From Chiloscyllium plagiosum (taxonomy: Eukaryota): a stretch of DNA of 64,000 nucleotides. Positions 51,494 through 63,845 of the stretch are shown here, piece after piece (position 1 is the first letter of the stretch; each line of letters starts with the position of its first letter). A model generated the notes under the pieces. The model was not told the DNA's origin. It did no database searches and was given only the letters and a program-made list of their open reading frames with translations. Position numbers and translations under genes: made by a program. The stretch is taken from the NCBI RefSeq assembly GCF_004010195.1, contig NC_057749.1, positions 8,903,787 to 8,967,786 of the forward strand. Reading direction: 5' to 3'.

Positions 51494-51798
51494 TGAGAGA
51501 GAGAGAATGAGTGAGAGAGAGAGAATGAATGAGAGAGAGAGAATGAGAGAGAGAGAATGAGAGAAAATGAGAGAGAGAGAAAATGAGAGTCTGTTGGTTT
51601 TTGCCCACCCTAATTGAATGTACTCCCAAAAGATTTCCAGCTGCCAATTACAGCTCCTGTTATTGGTTGCCCAACACCCCATCCAGGCGCTACCCTGCCC
51701 CTGATAGACCAATCGGAGACTCATCATTTCCTGATTGGATTATTCTTCCTGTCACTCTAACAGTCTCTTTCCCACTACAGTGTTTTTCTAACTAATTA
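50275..51798. repeat. Perfect 95-bp inverted repeat (50275-50369 / 51704-51798)
   Basis: Base-by-base reverse complement, no mismatch seen. Confidence 0.92.
51115..51590 (+). repeat. GT-rich followed by (GA)n/GAGAAT low-complexity tract
   Basis: Read directly. Confidence 0.9.
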
Positions 51799-54258
51799 GC
51801 AGAAACGCAAAAAAGAAACACACACAATATTTATCAACACCGAGATCTTTCATTCAGGGGACATGAATCTTCAACCCCTGGAAGGGTTGGCAGTGCTAGT
51901 TTCTGTGAGATGGCAGTTAGAGCCCCATACAGGAGCCCACTCTTGTGTCACTCTCTCGGGAGTGACTTACAGCCAAGGCTTGGTTTCCGTCAGGATTTGC
52001 CGCCCGTGCAGGGTGTTCACACTCAGAGGTAACAGCGACAGGGTCACTAATTTCTTGTTCGATCTCAGTGTCAGCTGTACCTCAGCTTCTTGCCCCCACT
52101 CCCCCCCCGAGCCACAACCTTCCACACCATGAAATCCCAGGCTGGAAATTGAGCGTGGAAATCTCAGCCGGCACTTCACCGCGTAGTACTGCAGGAGTGC
52201 TGTGCAGTTGGAGGTACCGGCCTTCAGGTCAGACGTTGAAGCGGGGAAAAGTCTGGGTGGATGTAAAAATATCTTGTGGCACTATTTCAGAGAAGAACAG
52301 GGCAGCTGGTTTCTCAGTCAACAGGTTTCTCAGTCAACACACAATAAAATAGATTGTCCTTTCTGGGATCTGTGCACAAATTGCCTCCCGCATTTCCTAC
52401 CTCAAAACGATGTCATTCGCTGTAAAATGTTTCATGACATCCAACAGTGGGAAAAGACCCTATTGAAGTTCAAGATTTCTCTTCTCTCTGCTGCATATTT
52501 GCTTTCCCACCTCCCATTCTTGGGAACATTGGCCATGTCAGTGATGGAAGGATGTTGAGGCCATTCAGTTGAGCCCAGGTATTCTCAGGAAACTTGACAT
52601 CTGATCAGCAGCTGGGCAGTCACTCAACAGACGGCCACATCAACAAAACCAAGCACTTCTGACTCCGCGGCCCCTCTCTGGGAAACAACGATCTGATCGT
52701 AGGTTGGGTAGGGAGCTGGTGAAATGGGATTGGCCTCTATTTCTGAGAACAGGAAGTGGATATACAAATCTGTGAGGCAATGATTAAATATCTCCTCCTT
52801 TGGAATTCTATAGTCCATGGACTGTTGCAGTCCGAACAAAAGCCAGTTGGCAAAAGTATAGAATTTATTACACGCACACACACACTTAGTGTCATCGTGA
52901 CACCTCAGTGTCTACCGTACAAGATCTCACAACCAAAGGACTGAATTCTATTCTTAGCTGGAGTTTGCTCCTGGTATAGTGAGACATCATTTCAATTTTG
53001 CATGTGTAAAATAGGGAATGTAAATTCAGCAATCCCTGTCCTCTCACCTCTGGCTTAATTTGATAAACTCCAACAATCACGTCCAGTTATATATTAGAAA
53101 GACATTTGAACAGGTAGATGGGATCAGAAAGGTTTCGAAGGATATGGGTCAAATGCAGGCACTTGAGACGAGTTCAGTTTAGGATACTTTGTCAGCATGG
53201 GCCAAGTAGTTTGTTTCCATGCTGTATGACTCTAAAGAGGAACAGGCCATTTGGCCCACTTGGTCCATTGTAGTATTTGCGTTCCATATCAGCCTTCACC
53301 CACCCCATGGTCTCTGATCCCACCGACATCACCTTCATGTTTTTGCCAAGCCTCCTCTGAAATGTATCTCTGTTGTTTTTCTCAATGGTTTACTATGGCG
53401 ACGAGACCCCAATCTTCCCATTCTCTGAGTAAGGAGGTCTTTCCCACTGTTTATGGTCTCTTGTGAATTATTGAGGAAAATTACAGGGATGCGTTTTGGC
53501 CTTAAAAATATTTAATGATCTGACCCTCCATTACCTTCTGTGACAGAGAGTACCAAAGTCACACTCTCCTCGTGTCTGTCAGGAAAGGGTAACCCGGAAT
53601 TGTAAAACAGTGCCCCCTCATTCTGGAGTCACCCACAAGAGGAACCATCTTTTCTGCATCCACTTTGTCACCACCATTCAGGTACTCGCAAACCCCAATC
53701 AAATCAGCCCCTCCCCCCCGTTTTCTTAGGTGACACAGTGGCTCAATGGTTAGCACTGTTGCCAGGGTCCCCGGTTCGGTTCCACCCTTGGGTGACTGTC
53801 TGTGTGGAATCTGTGTGATCTCCTTGTGTCCGTGTGGGTGTGCTTTGGTTTCCAACCACAGTCCAAAGGTGAGCAGGCTAGGTGGAGTGGCCATGGGGAA
53901 TGCAGGGTTACCAGGATGGGGTAGAGGGGTGGATCTGGATGAAATGCTCTTCAGCGGAGCAGTATGGACCTGATTGGCCAAATGGCCTGCTCCTATACTG
54001 TAGCTATTCAATGATACTTGCGTATTCAATCTGAGAGGATTTGTCCGTACATATGTGTCTTCTGCATGCTCTCAATAGGCCTTATTACTTCTCCTTATCC
54101 TTCATCCCACTTTACCAGGAGAGGTTTACTCGGCTTTATGGAGGGGTAAAATGGGAGGAATCACAGGCTCTGAGCCATTAATACATTGAACAGCAAAAAG
54201 AGAATTGGTTTTATTCAGTGACCTATGTTTCCTGGCTAGTAGATCTCCTCACCTGTTG

Positions 54259-54268
54259 TACTACCTCA
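54259..54268 (+). promoter_or_regulatory. let-7 target site, 10-nt match TACTACCTCA
   Basis: Exact complement of let-7 nt 1-10 (UGAGGUAGUA); only functional if within the mRNA. Confidence 0.55.
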
Positions 54269-54839
54269 CAACTACATATTGGTGAGCGGTACTCATTCTT
54301 CGCCCAACCCTTAAACAATTCATTTTTTAATGTGTGTGTTTCTTTTTTTTACCTTCTGCAAGGTTTTTTTTGATAATTTCTGCCCTCCTTGTCTCTCCAC
54401 AGGGTGGAGAGATGGTTTCACATCGGCTAAAATCCTCCCCCCCGGACCCCAACTCCAAACACCATCATTGAGAGCGTGCCTAATGAATGCCTGCTCATGC
54501 CCTGGCCTAGGCATTGAATAGTGGTAGCCTATGCAACTGTGGGAAGGGAAGGGCACCCATGACCCACCAATCCCAGAACCCATCGCCACTTGATAGGCCA
54601 AAGGTCTAAGCAACCATCCATCTCCATCTGTCAGGCTCAGTGTACTCCCCCTACCTGTGGAAGTATGAATCTGCGTCGCTTGCTGAGCAGGGCTGTTTTT
54701 TCTCTCAGCTTCCACTTTGCATAAAAGATGGTCCAATCAATTCAGAAGGCTGCTGAAAATCTCACCGAGATGTTTCAAGCCAAGCTAGAATGGGGGGGCA
54801 GAGAGAATTAGGAATAATCTCCTCTGATTCAAATGTCTT

Positions 54840-55172
54840 CTTTTATCCATTGATGGGATGAGGGCGTCACTGGCTCTGTCAGCATTTATTGTCTGTCCCT
54901 AATTGCACCAGAGGGCAGTCAACCACATTACAGTGGGTATGGAGTCACAGGTCGGCCAGACCAGGTAAGGATGCCATTTCCTTCCTGAGTGAACCAGATG
55001 GATTCTTTCTGACAATCGACTCATGGTCATCATTAGACTCTTCATTCCAGATATTTTAAAAATTGAATTCAAATTCCACCCTCTGCCGTGCTGGGATTTG
55101 AACCTGGTTTCCCCGAATGTTACCTGGGGTTCTGGATTAGCTGTCCAGCGATAATACTATTCGGTCATCACC
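54840..55172. mobile_element. Unclassified old interspersed repeat (LINE 3' UTR-like)
   Basis: CAGCATTTATTGCCCATCCC / GTGAACCAGATGG motifs recur at about 14500-15030, 20660-20870, 40640-41010, 43620-43830, 57890-58040, 61970-62140, 63510-63620. Confidence 0.5.
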
Positions 55173-55433
55173 TCCCCAGATAGCTCGTGTTTAGAATCAC
55201 CCTGGTCTTGAACACTGCCACTCTCTCAGTCAAATGCCCTGCCGTTGTGTGCCCTCACCTTCCCTTCACCCAAGCGACTCTTCACTCCATCCCGCCATTC
55301 AAAGCAGACAGGTTTTGTAGAGGGACTGTTAAACTTGGACTGTCACCAGTGCGGCCTTTTACCCCTCTCTAACTCCCATTTCTCCAGTTTGCTTTCAAGA
55401 GCTTCAAGTCAGAACGAAGTATTTCTAAGCAAC

Positions 55434-55632
55434 AAAAACAGAAATTGCTGAGGGATCTCAGCAGGTCTGGCAGCATCTGTTGACAGAAACAGACTCAACG
55501 TTTCAGGTTCAGTTCTGAGGAAGGGTCACTGGACCCAAAAGGTGAAATCTGTGTGTGTGTCTCTCTCTCTCTCTCTCTCCCTGCACAGATGCAGCCACAC
55601 CTGCTGAGTTTCTCCAGCAGTTTCTGTTTCTG
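55434..55632. mobile_element. Short foldback PLE-derived repeat (representative; similar at about 1550-1680, 8445-8640, 15490-15680, 20440-20650, 21860-22060, 35935-36110, 57285-57430)
   Basis: CTCAGCAGGTCTGGCAGCATC...GATGCnGCCAnACCTGCTGAG inverted pair enclosing a decayed CTGAnGAAGGG...GAAACG motif. Confidence 0.6.
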
Positions 55633-58600
55633 AGTCAGTTTTTATTTTGAGAACGCCATGCCAGTGCCTTGACGTATCTACAGCAACTCAAGTTGAAAGT
55701 AATCAGGTTTTATACGGTGGGTGGGCCGATGGATACAGAGATGGCCCTGAGTAGTGGTTGTTTAAACGGGCAACTTGCGCCGCGCTCCCCCTGTCGTGGT
55801 GATAACTACTGAAGGAAATATTTGTTTCTCCTATTTGACCTTTCTCTGTTGCTGGGTTTAGTTCAAGGTCAGACATGACGATACAGCTTGGCCAAAACAG
55901 AGCTGCCAAACCCATTGTGAAAACACAGACGTGTGTATCGGTGGGCACATTGGCTGGGGGTGGGGTGGGGGGAGGGTCCCCTGACTCTGAGTTGCCTCAA
56001 AGTGTCCACCTCTTCCCTCAGATGGAATACAAAGGATTGAGGCAAATAATAGGGGTGTTTGTTCAGGGATTTAGACATCACCATTTGGTAATGAAACAAG
56101 AGTTGGAAATGGTCTGTTTCTGTGCCCCTGTGAACACAGCAGGATCAGTGAGAGCCATTAACCTTACCCCTGATTACCTGACAGTGTCAAAATGATCCCC
56201 CCCCCCCATCTTCCTCCATATGAAGACTGAGAAGGTTAGAGCTTACCCACCCGACAAAGACTGCAACTGAACTCCTGCAACCAACGCACTCATTAAACGA
56301 TCTCTTGTGTAACAGTGTTTGCAAGATTGTAAAATAGTGCTGCCGTACACATTGTGAAACCTGGGATAGAAAGCTCTTCAGAGCTGCAGTTTGACTGGGG
56401 TTGGGTGGTTAGTGGGGGCTTGTGTGTTGTGAAGGCAACACCTATTATTGTTCATCAGGCCTTTAACCTTTGAGCTGTCGGGGTGTTTTGACAACTCGAG
56501 GCAACATTCCACAGGGAATTCTCACCAACAGGAATTCGCTTTTTTTTTCCTGTTTAAGAAACGAATTAAATAATTGTCAGCGGTGCACAGCAGCATAATT
56601 CTACCTGGGTCCCTGTGCTTAAAAGATGAAAACAGAAATACCTCAGACTTTTTTTTGTGTCTCTTCACATATATACCTCAACCGTTAATTACTGTTGGAC
56701 TCTTTTGAATGCTGGCAGGTTTTGTTATGGTGATTAACCATTTTCCAAACTGTTAACACCAAAGAAGACATTTTATGAAAAACTGTTAGATCTCTTTAGT
56801 GTAAACTGCGCTGCTCCCCAAATAATCAAATCACCTGCAAAGATGATGTGTGGCTTCCCCTCCCTTTGCTTCATGTTGTGTTTGGAGTGCAGACTCTCGC
56901 AGTGAGGGCATGTCTGCAGGAATATAAGCTGCCAAATTAAAAAGCAATGAATGTGATTAGAATGGGGGCCACCAAATTCACTCGTTCTGGATTCTCTTTG
57001 TTTGGGCGAAGCAGTGACTGGGAAGGCAGAGGACGTGCACCAAAGAGATTTGCTTCTATATATAATTAACGTGACTGTCACTGAATGCACTGTACACCAC
57101 TTTCCTTTGCTGTTGGTTCAAGAATGGCAAGTGGGCCTCAGGCTCGGGATATATCACCACATTAGAATTGCTCTTTGCCGGGTAGATTCACACCTTGTGC
57201 ACGTAGATTGGGTTTGAGCTTGAACATCAAGGGGACCTCCACTCTACAGTGTAACAAAAGCAGAATGCTGTGTAATTCTGAAACGAACACAGAAAAACTC
57301 AGCAGGGCTGGCGAGACTGAGACACAGGTAACGTTTCGAGCCTAGTATGAGGACCAGAAGACTCATACTGGACCCGAAGTATTACTCTGTTTCCCTCTCT
57401 CCAGACCTGCCAAGTTTCTCCAGTGTTTATTCCCCTCAGCACTGCAATTGGCCTCAGAATATGACAGGCTGACTCCAGATGGCTTAAACATTCCATTTGG
57501 TTTTGTGGATGTTTCTCCTCCCACCCCAGTGGCTGACTACACAGGATGAGCTGGTATAATGAAGTTGAAAGCTATTGGGTGAATCTGCTTGCTTTTAATT
57601 TTATATAGACTTCAGTGGAAAGGCATTTTCAAAGTGTTTTAAGTCAAGTTGTTTTCACACTGTAGCTGTTTCCATTTCCATGCTGTTACTAGACCTGGAA
57701 TATGGAAACTTAGGAACAGGAGCCTGCTCCCCCCCCCCCCCATTCAATGCAATCATAGCTGATCTATGGCCTACCTGACTTTGGGCCCATATCCCTCAAT
57801 ACCTTTATTGAACAAATATTTATCTATCTCACATTTAAATTAATTTAAAGCTAGCCTCAGTGATGATGAATCAGATTTACTCATGCCCCTTTAGGGATGG
57901 AAATCTGCCAACCTAACCCAGTCTGGCCTACATGTGAGACCAGACCCATAGCAATGGGGTTGATTCTTAATTACCCTCAGAAATGGCCTAGCAAGCCACT
58001 CAGTTGAAGGGCGATTAGGAATGGGTTAGAGGTGCTGGGCAATGCCCTTGTCTTTTGGGACAGCAGAGTGGCTCAATCGTTAGCACTGCTGCCTCACACC
58101 GCTAGGGACCCAGGTTCGATTCCACCCTTCGGTGGTGTGTGTGTGTCTGTGCCAAGTTTGCACATTCTCCCCTTGTTTCCTCCCACAGTCCAAAGATGTG
58201 CAAGCTAGGTAGGTTAGCCATGGAGAATGCAGGGGGTAAGCCCTTCAGAGGGTCTAGGTGGCATCAATGGGCTGAATGGCCTGTTTCCACACTGTAGGAA
58301 TTCTGTGAACACATGAAAGAATAAAGAAAAAGAAAACATTCTAATCTGTTGATCAGCTGGTTCATATTGAGAAGTCTCTGAACACAAGGATGCAATAAAA
58401 GAGCTTCTAGAGTCTCTGATGACCTTTCAACTGAGCTTCCTGAATTCAGTAACTTAATGACATTCGGTTTGTCCTGTAGCACCCCACTTATTTAATCTGC
58501 TTTTGCTTTTAGTGTAGACTTTTGCAAAAAGGCATTTTCAAAGTGTCTCATGTCACCTTGTTTCCACACTGCAGCTGGTTAAATTTACACGCAGTTGCTA

Positions 58601-60767
58601 GACTCATTATTGAGCTCATTAATCATGATCAGAGCCCGAATCCTTAATATCAGCAGGCACAAAGTGGGATAGGAATCTTAATTACACAGATTTTCATCAG
58701 AGGCACTCCCTTCCCTCCTTAAACTTAATTTCAGCGTTAAGATCCGTTGCCCTAAATGCCCTTGTGAGGCAGCTGGTATCTGAGGCAAAGTTTGAGAATT
58801 TTAATGGGCTTTGCGCAGTTCTGTAGTAACTGGCCGTTGTCTTGAAAGGTTAATCCAGTGTGTGGCAGTGCCAGAGGCCTGACTGAACGTCATTATGTTT
58901 GATGACTGGCAATGAAAATGTAGTTTGGTCTGAGCTCGGTATAGATTATCATTCGCTCACTGAGTGTACCGTTTACTGTGATTCATGACGATAGTTTCCT
59001 ATTGTCAAGATCCTGTGCAGACGAAGAGAGGAAAATGATTGTTCTCAAAGTATGAAATCCATAGAGAGAGTCAGAGCACTGTGGAACGTGCAACTATTTG
59101 TGACTGCTTCCCTAAGGACAGCAGACCCTTGGCTCCTGAGCACAGTGGGATTTGTGTTCTGTCTTTAACATGCCATTGGCAGCTGCTCAGTTGTATTTTC
59201 CAGTTCTCTCTCTCTCTCTCTCTCTCACTCACACGCATGATATAATCGATAGAGGTTTCACAACATCCAACAGGCTATATTGGACTTTGCAGAGCAGCTT
59301 GCTAAGTTTAAATATTCAACCTTTATCAGTCAACTGAGTGAGCAAAACTTCCCTCCCTCCTGCCCTCAGCCAATCAGCCCCAATTCGTTAAAGACTGCAT
59401 TGTAAAACGATGGCGAAAGAAATAAGTAAATCTACACTGAAGCAAGGGGAAATAGGGCTGGGGTTATCTAGACTGGAGTATGTGGCAGTTTTTGTAACAG
59501 CCATTCACTGTAGGGTAAGGAGGTGGTGAGCACAGGGATTAATGTTTAAACATCATTTGTCAAAGCTAAGGTTGTGGGGAAAGTGCAGGAGTTAGTGTGA
59601 CCCATTGGATTAGCTTGCAAAGAGTCAGTATATGCTGTACAGGCTGAATGACCTTCTGTGTGCCATTGTTTTGAGACTGTGGTGCAAGACTGAGGTGACT
59701 GGATTTTGTTTTCTCTTTCCAGTGAGCTCACAGCAAAACAGATTAGCCCCGTTAGACTGGAAAACTCACTGAGATGTACCAACTCATAGGGACAAAGGCA
59801 AGGTCGGTTACTGAAGCAGTGATAACACTTGGGGTTACGGGGAGAGTTGGGGTAAGTGGAGTTGAAATGCCCATCAGCCATGATTGAATGGCGGAGTGAA
59901 CTCAATGGGCCGAATGGCCTTTCTTCCACTCCTATGTCTTATGGTCCTATGGTTTGGGGGGACATGCCATTGGCTTTGGAATACCTTTCAATGGTGGGAT
60001 GTAACACTTGCTTGATAAGACCCATTCCCCTCTATTGAAACCAAAATTTGAAAGGAGGGTGGGGGCGGTTTAACCAACTGATTGTTTCATGAAGTGATTC
60101 AGATCAACAGCAGAACCAGCAGGTGTACAGTGCATCATCGAACTGAGATTAACATAAACGTCATGATTTAGGGTGCACTTCGGGACTGGTACCAGGTTCC
60201 AACTTAAACCCGGTCAAGGTTCAAAGGTTACCTTGTGGTACTCAGGGGTGGAGAGTGAGGGGAAGTGACAGTGAATGAGCCTTCTGCTACGGCCTCAGCG
60301 TGGGTTTACTATTGAAGTATTACAATTTACTACGTTTCTTTTTTTTAAGAAAAAACTTTACGAAGTAAAAAACAAAACGTTTTATAGCTACCTCTTACAA
60401 CTCTTTATCATAAAGTTCAGAGATTTTAAAATATTTTTTAATTTAAAAAGAAGTGGGACTTGACAAAGCTCCAATAAAAGGCAAAATGAGCCAAAACTGC
60501 ATCATGTACAAAGTTTAGCAACATGAAAGCAATATAAAACCCACGGATTCATCAACAACGATTTGGAATGTAGACAGGCCACACAGTAACATACTGTCAG
60601 ACTTTTTATTAATTTTTATTCTTTGTGTGCATTGACTATTGTGTCTATATTATGTATTGACTGGTAAATAGACTAGATAACACCAATACCTCAAATTATG
60701 CTACTTATGATATTTCTGTATATTTTGGTCATCTCTCTTCAACATTCGCGTGAATGTTTTTTATCCA

Positions 60768-60800
60768 AATAAACTTTTACTGCTCCCAGCTTGTGTGTGT
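60768..60800 (+). terminator. Candidate polyadenylation site
   Basis: AATAAA 60768-60773, upstream TGTA motifs (about 60653 and 60717) in a U-rich tract, CA at 60787-60788, downstream TTGTGTGTGT 60791-60800. Confidence 0.65.
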
Positions 60801-61504
60801 CACTTTTAAACATATCATTTTGTGGCTGGCACTGCAGCTCAGTGGTCGGTGGTGCTGTCCCACAGTATTGGGGACCTGGGTTTGATTCCAGCCTCGGGCA
60901 ACTATCTGTGTCAAGTTTACACACCCTTCTGTGGGTTCCTCTAGATGCTCCTGTTTCTCCCAGAATCCAGAGACGTGAAGGTTAGGTGGATTGGAGGGCT
61001 TCTGCCTGAAACGTTGACTCTCTTGCTTCACGGATGCTGCTTGACCTGCTGTGTTTTCCCAGCACCACACCCTTCGACATGGGAAATTGTCAGTTGTGTC
61101 CAGGGATGTGTAGGTTGCAGCACTACAGGTGTATGGTAGTGGAATGGGTCTGGGTGGGATGCTTTTCAGAGGGTCAATGTGGACTTGACGGGCTGAATGG
61201 CTTATTCCCACACCATTGGGATTCTATGAACAAGCACTGGCTTCCCAACGATGCCTACATTTCATGAAAGAAAGGAATTAACAAAATCTACCTGTCTCTT
61301 CCCATTGTAATCCCATTCTAACATTCAAAATCTTAAAAATACTATTAAAAGGTGCAAGATGGTCCGTTTTCTGGGAGATCATTCTGAGGATTTGCCACAC
61401 TTTGAGAAGAGTGCTTGGTTTAGCTGAGCTGGATGAACAATCAGGATAGGGATATGAATGGGAAAGCTTCAGAGGGGTATGGGCCAAATGCTGGCAAATG
61501 ATTT

Positions 61505-61812
61505 GTAGATTAGATTAGATTACAGTGAGGAAACAGGCCCTTCGGCCCAACAAGTCCGACACCGACCCGCCGAAGCGCAACCCACCCATTCCCCTACATT
61601 TACCCCTTCACCTAACACTACAGGCAATTTAGCCTGGCCAATTCACCTAACACACACATTTTTGGATTGTGGGAGGAAACCAGAGCATCCGGAGGAAACC
61701 CACGCAGACACGGGGAGAATGTGCAAACTCCACACAGAGAGTCGCCTGAGGCGGGAATTGAACCCGGGTCTCTGGCACTGTGAGGCAGCAGTGCTAACCA
61801 CTCTGCCACCAC
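61505..61812 (-). mobile_element. HE1-type V-SINE (young)
   Basis: Reverse complement of the above with a (TAGAT)n tail. Other - copies at about 5380-5675, 5935-6256, 10080-10405, 21290-21625, 22740-22920, 27280-27610, 46403-46740, 62165-62370, 62625-62925. Confidence 0.88.
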
Positions 61813-63845
61813 ATTGCCCATGGGAGTAGGTCTGATTGGAATATCTGGTTGGCATGGATGAGTTGCACCGAAGGCTCTGTTTCCATGCTGTATGACTCTG
61901 TGACAACTGACTACAATGCACAGTGATGCCACAGTGTGAGTTCAATTCCTGCACCAGCTGTTTGTTCCATCTCTCATGGGCATCAGTCGTTGGGCCCAGC
62001 ATTTATTGCCTGTCCCTACTTGCCCCACGAGAAGGTGATGGTGAGCTGCCTGATTGAACGGCTGCAGTCCCTGTGCTGAAATTAGACCCACAATGTCTTT
62101 AGGTAGGCCATTCCAGGATCTTGACCCAGCGACACTGAAGCTGAAGGATTCTCCTGGCAGGTCGCAGAATCCCTACATGGGGACAGAGGTCATTCAGCCC
62201 ATCAAGTCTGAACTGATCCTCTGAAGAGCATTCTACCTTGACCCAGCATCCCAAACCCTATCCCCCCAACACTGCATTTCCCATGGCTAATCCACTTAGC
62301 CGACACGTCCCTGGACACTACTGTCAATTTAGCACAGTCAACGCACCTAACCTGCACATCTTCGGACTCTCTCCTCACCTGAGGTGTGCTGACCCTCAGG
62401 TTAAAACACCACCAGTATTCACTGTCTAATGAGCGAGCAGACCTATTGTTTGGTAAGACTATGGTGACTTTACCTTTCCTGCTAATAAATGTTTCTAATT
62501 TCACTTTTACCACTTTTAAGTCCCCTCACATTGACACTTGAAAACGAATACTATCTGCACAAGGCGGTTCACTGCCACCATCTCAGAGTGAAGCAAAATG
62601 GGCAAGGAAGATCCTGGTGTCCTTACAGAGTGGAAACAGGCCATTCGGCCCAACAAGTCCACACCAACTCTCTGAAGAGTATCACACCCAGACTCGTCCC
62701 TCTCTACCCTGCATTTCCCATGGTTAACCTACACACCCCTGGATGCTATGGGCAATTTAGCATGGCAGGTCCATCTAACATACACATCTTTGGACTGTGG
62801 GAAGAAACCAGAGCACCCCCACCGGGAGAATGTGTAAACTCCACACAGACAGTCACCCGAGATTGGAATTAAACCTGGGCCCCTGGTGCTGTGAGGCAGC
62901 AATGCTAACCACTGAGCTATCGTGCTGGGCAAAAGGTGCATCTTTGTCTGTGTCGTTAGAACAAATGTAAATAAAATGTGCTCATTTTCTTCTGCAAGTT
63001 CAGTCCCGGACACATGGAGCCAGAACCAATGTGCTCTTGCTGCCTCCCAGTGGTTGATTTCAGGAACAGCAACTTGGAGGCAGCAGAGTTGTCAGGTGCA
63101 TACAGTACATAGGAACTGGTGGCAACAAAAGAAGCCTTTCAGCTCCTCTCATTCCTAACGAAGGGTGTTTCCCCGAAACGTCAACTGTCCTGCTCCTCAG
63201 ATGTTGCCTGGCCTCCTGTGCTTTTCCAGTGCCGCACTCTCGGCTCCGATCTTCAACATCTGCAGTCCCCACTTTCTCCCCTTACCTGTGGCAGCTCTTG
63301 GAAGAAGCTGGAGAAATTCGAGTCAGTCTAGGGGAAAGAGAAAAATAATTTGGTAAGGCTGTTTTCCGGTGGCCAATGAGCCAGGAAGATGAGATTTAAT
63401 CCCCGGGATTGTGCTCAACAATTATCAAATGAACTCACTTGCAAACATGAGTTAGGAAGGGCAGGCTTGCATTCTGCCTTTAGGTTAAATGATGCGGGAC
63501 TCTTTCTTTTAATTCATTCACAGGACATGCGAATCGCTGGCTGGGTCAGCATTTATTGCCCATCCCTCGTCCTTAAGAAGGTGATGATAAGCTGCCTCTT
63601 TGAGTCCTTCCAGTCCATTTGGAGTGGCTCAATGGTTAGTACTGCTGCCTCACAGCACCAGGGAGCCAGGTTTAGTTCCAGCCTCGGGTGACTGTCTGTG
63701 TGGAGTTTGCATGTTCTCCCTGTTCTGGATGTAAATTTGCTCACTGAGGCGGAAGGTTTGTTTTCAGATGTTTCGTGACCATATTAGGTAACATCTCCAG
63801 TGAGCCTCTGGACAATGTACTGGTGGCATGGCCTGATTTCTATTT

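Larger units (their letters stand above)
48353..60790 (+). other. ARID3B: Putative very long ARID3B 3' UTR
   Basis: No further coding exons seen; seven sense-strand let-7 7/8-mer sites; AU-rich UTR-like islands; strong poly(A) context at 60768. Earlier AATAAA hexamers exist (50577, 52343, 58320, 60473), so the end is inferred. Confidence 0.55.
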
